Below the pieces are notes generated by a model. The model did not search any database and had not been told where the DNA came from. It was given only the letters and a program-made list of their open reading frames with translations. Positions 60,725 to 64,000 of a stretch of DNA of 64,000 bases are shown here, piece after piece (positions within the stretch are counted from its first letter, which is position 1; each line of letters opens with the position of its first letter). A program made the translations under genes and the position numbers. The DNA is taken from IMG/VR virus record IMGVR_UViG_3300043788_000078, positions 7,382 to 71,381 of that record, one strand, 5' to 3'. The DNA comes from a virus.

Positions 60725-63430
60725 GTGACTGCTGGTGCTCTGGACAACGTTCGCCTTCATAAGGTCCGCGACACGGAGACCATGATGGCGTTCTTGCGGT
60801 GGGCCGGGGAGAGGCACGAGAACGACATCATATTCGGCGACACCGAGAGCGCCGGCTTCTCGCCCTACCACGACCGCATGCGGCTGGTGCAGGTCGGGGA
60901 CATGCATGCCGGCTGGGCATTCGGCCAGGGGTGGTGGGGAGCGGCGGTCGAGCTGCTCGCGAGGTACCCGCGCATCGGGTTCCACAACTCGCCGTACGAC
61001 TGGCGGGTGATAAAGCGGCACACGGGCACCGAGCTGCCGTGGGAGCGGATCGAGGACACGCTCACCGCCGCGCACATCACCGATTCCCTCAAGCTGGCCG
61101 GCCTCAAGCCGCGCAGCGCCCAGGACATCGACCCGCGCGCCGCAGCCGGCGAGCAGGTCCTGCACGACGGGATGGCCGCCAACCGCTGGACGTGGGACAC
61201 GGTGCCCGAGGACTGGGAGCCGTACTGGTGCGTTCCCGAGACGACGGAGATCCTGACCCGTAGCGGGTGGAAGCACGTCAACGACGTGCTCAGCTCCGAC
61301 GAGACGCTGGGCTGGGCAGACGGAGAGCTCCACTGGACGCCGGTAGTGCAGGTGCGCAAGTTTCCCGCGCAGCCGGTGGTGAGGTTCGGTAACAAGTGGT
61401 GGAGCACCGTTGCCACCGAGAACCACCGCTGGCTGGTCCGCCAACGCGAGCACCGCCAGGGCAAGGACGAGTGGTCTGCTCCGCATTTCGCCACGACCAG
61501 GGAGGCGTGGAAAGGCGGCAAGCGGACAATTCTTCAGCTCACCGGGTACGCGGACGGAGGCAGCAGCCCGTGCACTCCGGACGAGGCCAGGGTAATCGCG
61601 TGGCTCTTGTCAGATGGCACGATCGACTGGCAGCGTGACCGCAGCTCACCCAACCCGCAGATCTGGCAGTCCGTCCACAAGTATCACGAAGAGATCAGGC
61701 TGCTGCTCAAGCGCGAGGGCGCGTACGTGTCCGAGCGGTTCCGCGACAGCAACTCATGCTACAGGTTTCAGGTCAGTGCCGCGTACGTGCAGCGGCTCTG
61801 GGACGCATACGGGCTGTTCGACGGGCTGGACGAATTCACGCTGTCGCTGTCGAAAGAGGCACGCCGTGCCTGGGTTGACGCCTGGTACAAGGCCGAGGGC
61901 AGCAGGGACCGTGCCCTGATCACGCAGAATGCCGGGCCGAAAGCTGACGCAGTTGCGCTCAGCCTGTTTCTTGAGGGGTTCCTCCCCCGCATCAGCGAGA
62001 AGCAGGGCGGGTGCCTAGACATTCGCATGAGCCAGCGCCCGGTCGGCAACACGCGCAACGCTGCCGTGGTGTACGAGGACGCGGGAACCACTGATGTCTG
62101 GTGCCCGACAACAGGACTCGGCTCCTGGGTAGCGCGAGACAAGGACGGCCGGATCTTCCTGACCGGGAACTGCTACAGCGCGCTTGACCCGGTGCTCGCG
62201 GCGCACCTGTGGAACAGGTTCGGGCCGCAGGTGACCACGACGTACCGCCAGGCGTATGACCTGGAGAAAGCCACCACCAGGATCAGCGCGGGCATGATGG
62301 ACACCGGCATGGCGGTCGACCTGCCGTACATCCGCGAGAAGATCGCCAGGATCAGCGGGTTCCGCGAGCAGGCGATGGCATGGCTCGGGGCCGAGTTCGG
62401 TATCCGGTCCGTCGGGTCCAATAAGCAGGTCATGGCCGCGCTCAACGCCGTCGGCATCCCGACGCGGGTGTGGACGGACGGCGGGCAGCCGTCCATCAGC
62501 AAGGAAGCCCTGGCTTTCTACGCTTACTGCTATCCCGAGCACGCGCACCTGGTCAAGACGATCCGGTACGCGCGCAAGGCGGGCGACATCGTCGGGAAGT
62601 ACCTCCAGAAGTTCCTGGACCTGCATGTGGACGGCACCATGCACTACACGATCAACACGTGCCGGGCACGTACCTCGCGCGAGTCCGTGACCGACCCGCC
62701 CATGCAGACATTCGACCGCGACGAGCCGGTAATCCGGGGGTCCTTCATCCCCCGGCCCGGTCACCGGCTGATCTCCATCGACGCCGACCAGATCGAGATG
62801 CGCATGACCGCGCATTTCTCGCAGGACCGCCAGCTCATCGCCGACTTCCTGGAGGCCGACCGCAACGGGGAGTCCTTCTTCGTGCTGTCCGCATCGCGGA
62901 TGTTCCGGGAGCCGATATCCAAGAAGGACCCGAGGTACACGCACACCAAGAACGCCTCCTACGGCCAGGTGTACGGTGCCGGGCTGGACAAGGCGGCGGC
63001 CACGGCGGGCATCCCGCTGGAGGAAATGCGGCCCATATACATGGGATTCCAGCAGCGGTACCCGGGCGTGCCGCAGCTGATGAACCGGCTGGTCAACCAG
63101 GGGAAGCGCGGCCGGGAGAGGCCGTACGCGACCGCGATCGACGGCCGGAAGCTGTACGTGCGGCGCGGCCGCGAGTACTCGATCCTCAACACCATGGTCC
63201 AGGGCAGCGCGGCGGTGGTGCTCAAGAACGGGCTGGTGCAGATGGACGCGGCCGGCCTCGGGCCGTACCTGCGGCTGGACATCCACGACGAGCACATCCT
63301 GGAGGCCCCCGAGGACATCGCCGGAGAGGTGCTGCGCAAGGCCGGGGAGATCCTCACCGACCGCGAGACGTTCCGCGTGCCGCTGACCTGGGACGGCAAG
63401 GTACTCGACTACCGGTGGGTGAAGACCTGA
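60725..63430 (+). CDS. polA: Family A DNA polymerase (3'-5' exonuclease + polymerase) interrupted by an intein
   Basis: ExoI GDTES, ExoII HNSPYD, ExoIII YSALD. Motif A IDADQIEMR, motif B KNASYGQVYG, motif C IHDEH. Confidence 0.9.
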   Translation: MTAGALDNVRLHKVRDTETMMAFLRWAGERHENDIIFGDTESAGFSPYHDRMRLVQVGDMHAGWAFGQGWWGAAVELLARYPRIGFHNSPYDWRVIKRHTGTELPWERIEDTLTAAHITDSLKLAGLKPRSAQDIDPRAAAGEQVLHDGMAANRWTWDTVPEDWEPYWCVPETTEILTRSGWKHVNDVLSSDETLGWADGELHWTPVVQVRKFPAQPVVRFGNKWWSTVATENHRWLVRQREHRQGKDEWSAPHFATTREAWKGGKRTILQLTGYADGGSSPCTPDEARVIAWLLSDGTIDWQRDRSSPNPQIWQSVHKYHEEIRLLLKREGAYVSERFRDSNSCYRFQVSAAYVQRLWDAYGLFDGLDEFTLSLSKEARRAWVDAWYKAEGSRDRALITQNAGPKADAVALSLFLEGFLPRISEKQGGCLDIRMSQRPVGNTRNAAVVYEDAGTTDVWCPTTGLGSWVARDKDGRIFLTGNCYSALDPVLAAHLWNRFGPQVTTTYRQAYDLEKATTRISAGMMDTGMAVDLPYIREKIARISGFREQAMAWLGAEFGIRSVGSNKQVMAALNAVGIPTRVWTDGGQPSISKEALAFYAYCYPEHAHLVKTIRYARKAGDIVGKYLQKFLDLHVDGTMHYTINTCRARTSRESVTDPPMQTFDRDEPVIRGSFIPRPGHRLISIDADQIEMRMTAHFSQDRQLIADFLEADRNGESFFVLSASRMFREPISKKDPRYTHTKNASYGQVYGAGLDKAAATAGIPLEEMRPIYMGFQQRYPGVPQLMNRLVNQGKRGRERPYATAIDGRKLYVRRGREYSILNTMVQGSAAVVLKNGLVQMDAAGLGPYLRLDIHDEHILEAPEDIAGEVLRKAGEILTDRETFRVPLTWDGKVLDYRWVKT
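61229..62170 (+). mobile_element. 314-aa intein with LAGLIDADG-type homing endonuclease
   Basis: Starts CVPETTEILT..GW, block B T.NHRW, WLLSDG and YKAEG motifs, ends VWCPTT...TGN followed by Cys+1. Confidence 0.85.
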
Positions 63431-63771
63431 TGAGCGGCGTCCCGTGCACGGCCGGATGCACGTGCAGACGTCACGTGCACCACACGTACCCGAAACACGA
63501 CGTCAGCCGGGTCACCAGTGACATGCGCCAGTACGCGGAATGGAAAGAATCGCGCGACAGGCTGATCATCACCGGCCTGGAAAACGGGATGCCAGTCAAG
63601 GTAATCGCCAGGGAAATGAACGTTTCCCGGTCAGTAATCGACAGGATACGAAAGGAATACCGTGAACGTACCGGAATACCGCCAGGCGATGATCCGCGCG
63701 CAGCAGGACTTCAGCAGCGCCGTGTCGGCGGCGGCCGAGGTTCTCAGCGAGGAACTTCACCGGATAGATAA
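63430..63771 (+). CDS. HTH DNA-binding protein
   Basis: GMPVKVIAREMNVSRSVIDRI. TGATG overlap with polA. Confidence 0.6.
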   Translation: MSGVPCTAGCTCRRHVHHTYPKHDVSRVTSDMRQYAEWKESRDRLIITGLENGMPVKVIAREMNVSRSVIDRIRKEYRERTGIPPGDDPRAAGLQQRRVGGGRGSQRGTSPDR

Positions 63772-63886
63772 CCAGTTCTTCGAAGAGCAGGATAGAGCTG
63801 GTGCAGTGATCGCGTACGGGGGCAATGAGGGGTTCAGCGGCGGCAACTCGGGTACCGGTAACCATCTAGAGAAGAAAGGGCACTGA
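63662..63886 (+). CDS. Small protein whose C-terminus contains a copy of a tail-fibre segment
   Basis: AAGGA RBS. VIAYGGNEGFSGGNSGTG is identical to the tail fibre sequence. Confidence 0.5.
   Translation: MNVPEYRQAMIRAQQDFSSAVSAAAEVLSEELHRIDNQFFEEQDRAGAVIAYGGNEGFSGGNSGTGNHLEKKGH
63806..63858 (+). repeat. 53-bp segment identical to the reverse complement of 9055-9107
   Basis: Exact match by direct comparison. Confidence 0.9.
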
Positions 63887-63993
63887 TGGCAGGTCACGTT
63901 CACGATTACCGGAAGCAGGGAGAGTATACCGACAGGCAAGGCGTGCGCCATGTTCACTACAAGTGCGCCTGCGGGTCGGAGTACTGGACCTGA
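63886..63993 (+). CDS. 35-aa HxH...CxCG microprotein
   Basis: MAGHVHDYRKQGEYTDRQGVRHVHYKCACGSEYWT. TGATG overlap. Confidence 0.45.
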   Translation: MAGHVHDYRKQGEYTDRQGVRHVHYKCACGSEYWT

Positions 63994-64000
63994 TGCTTCC

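Noticed and set aside
152-63400. Many long overlapping Arg/Pro/Gly-rich ORFs in the six-frame track (e.g. 1213-2511, 27553-29451, 36113-38845, 56160-57470)
   Set aside because: Shadow ORFs expected in high-GC DNA. They overlap better-supported genes and lack RBS or motifs. Only the last 110 codons of 36113-38845 look real.

Overview
The whole 64 kb window is part of a high-GC tailed dsDNA phage genome, probably a siphovirus of an actinobacterial host. This is inferred from GC content, an Rpf-type muralytic gene and gene families typical of actinophages. No host genes, integrase, CRISPR array or rRNA were recognised. Layout: (i) 1-6.6 kb, + strand, small early-type genes driven by four copies of a conserved promoter/leader cassette; (ii) 46.4 kb to 6.6 kb, - strand, a complete virion operon (terS, terL, portal, MuF-like protein, a fibre-like module, several large multi-module head-associated proteins, Mu gpI-like protease/scaffold, capsid, head-tail joining, tail tube, chaperones with a likely -1 frameshift, tape measure, tail tip, fibre, GH25 endolysin); (iii) 46.4-59.3 kb, - strand, accessory and replication genes (mini K+-channel-like protein, tRNA-Thr, LysM-Rpf, HTH, probable origin, SF3 helicase, prim-pol); (iv) 59.4-64 kb, + strand, permuted NlpC/P60-like protein and a family A DNA polymerase with an intein. 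The most interesting signals are a set of head-region polyproteins punctuated by a shared [LM][AS]N...[IV][ED]L[ASV] motif also found in the prohead protease/scaffold, an apparent +1 frameshift (CCC TTT CGG TAA) in one of them, SigR/SigH-type (GGAAT-N18-GTT) promoter cassettes, a candidate three-way-junction/kissing-loop RNA, a 53-bp exact inverted duplication about 54.7 kb apart, and a duplicated fibre-tip plus partner module. All protein family calls come from motif recognition by eye, not from database searches. Start codons were adjusted from the ORF track where RBS or overlap evidence supported it.
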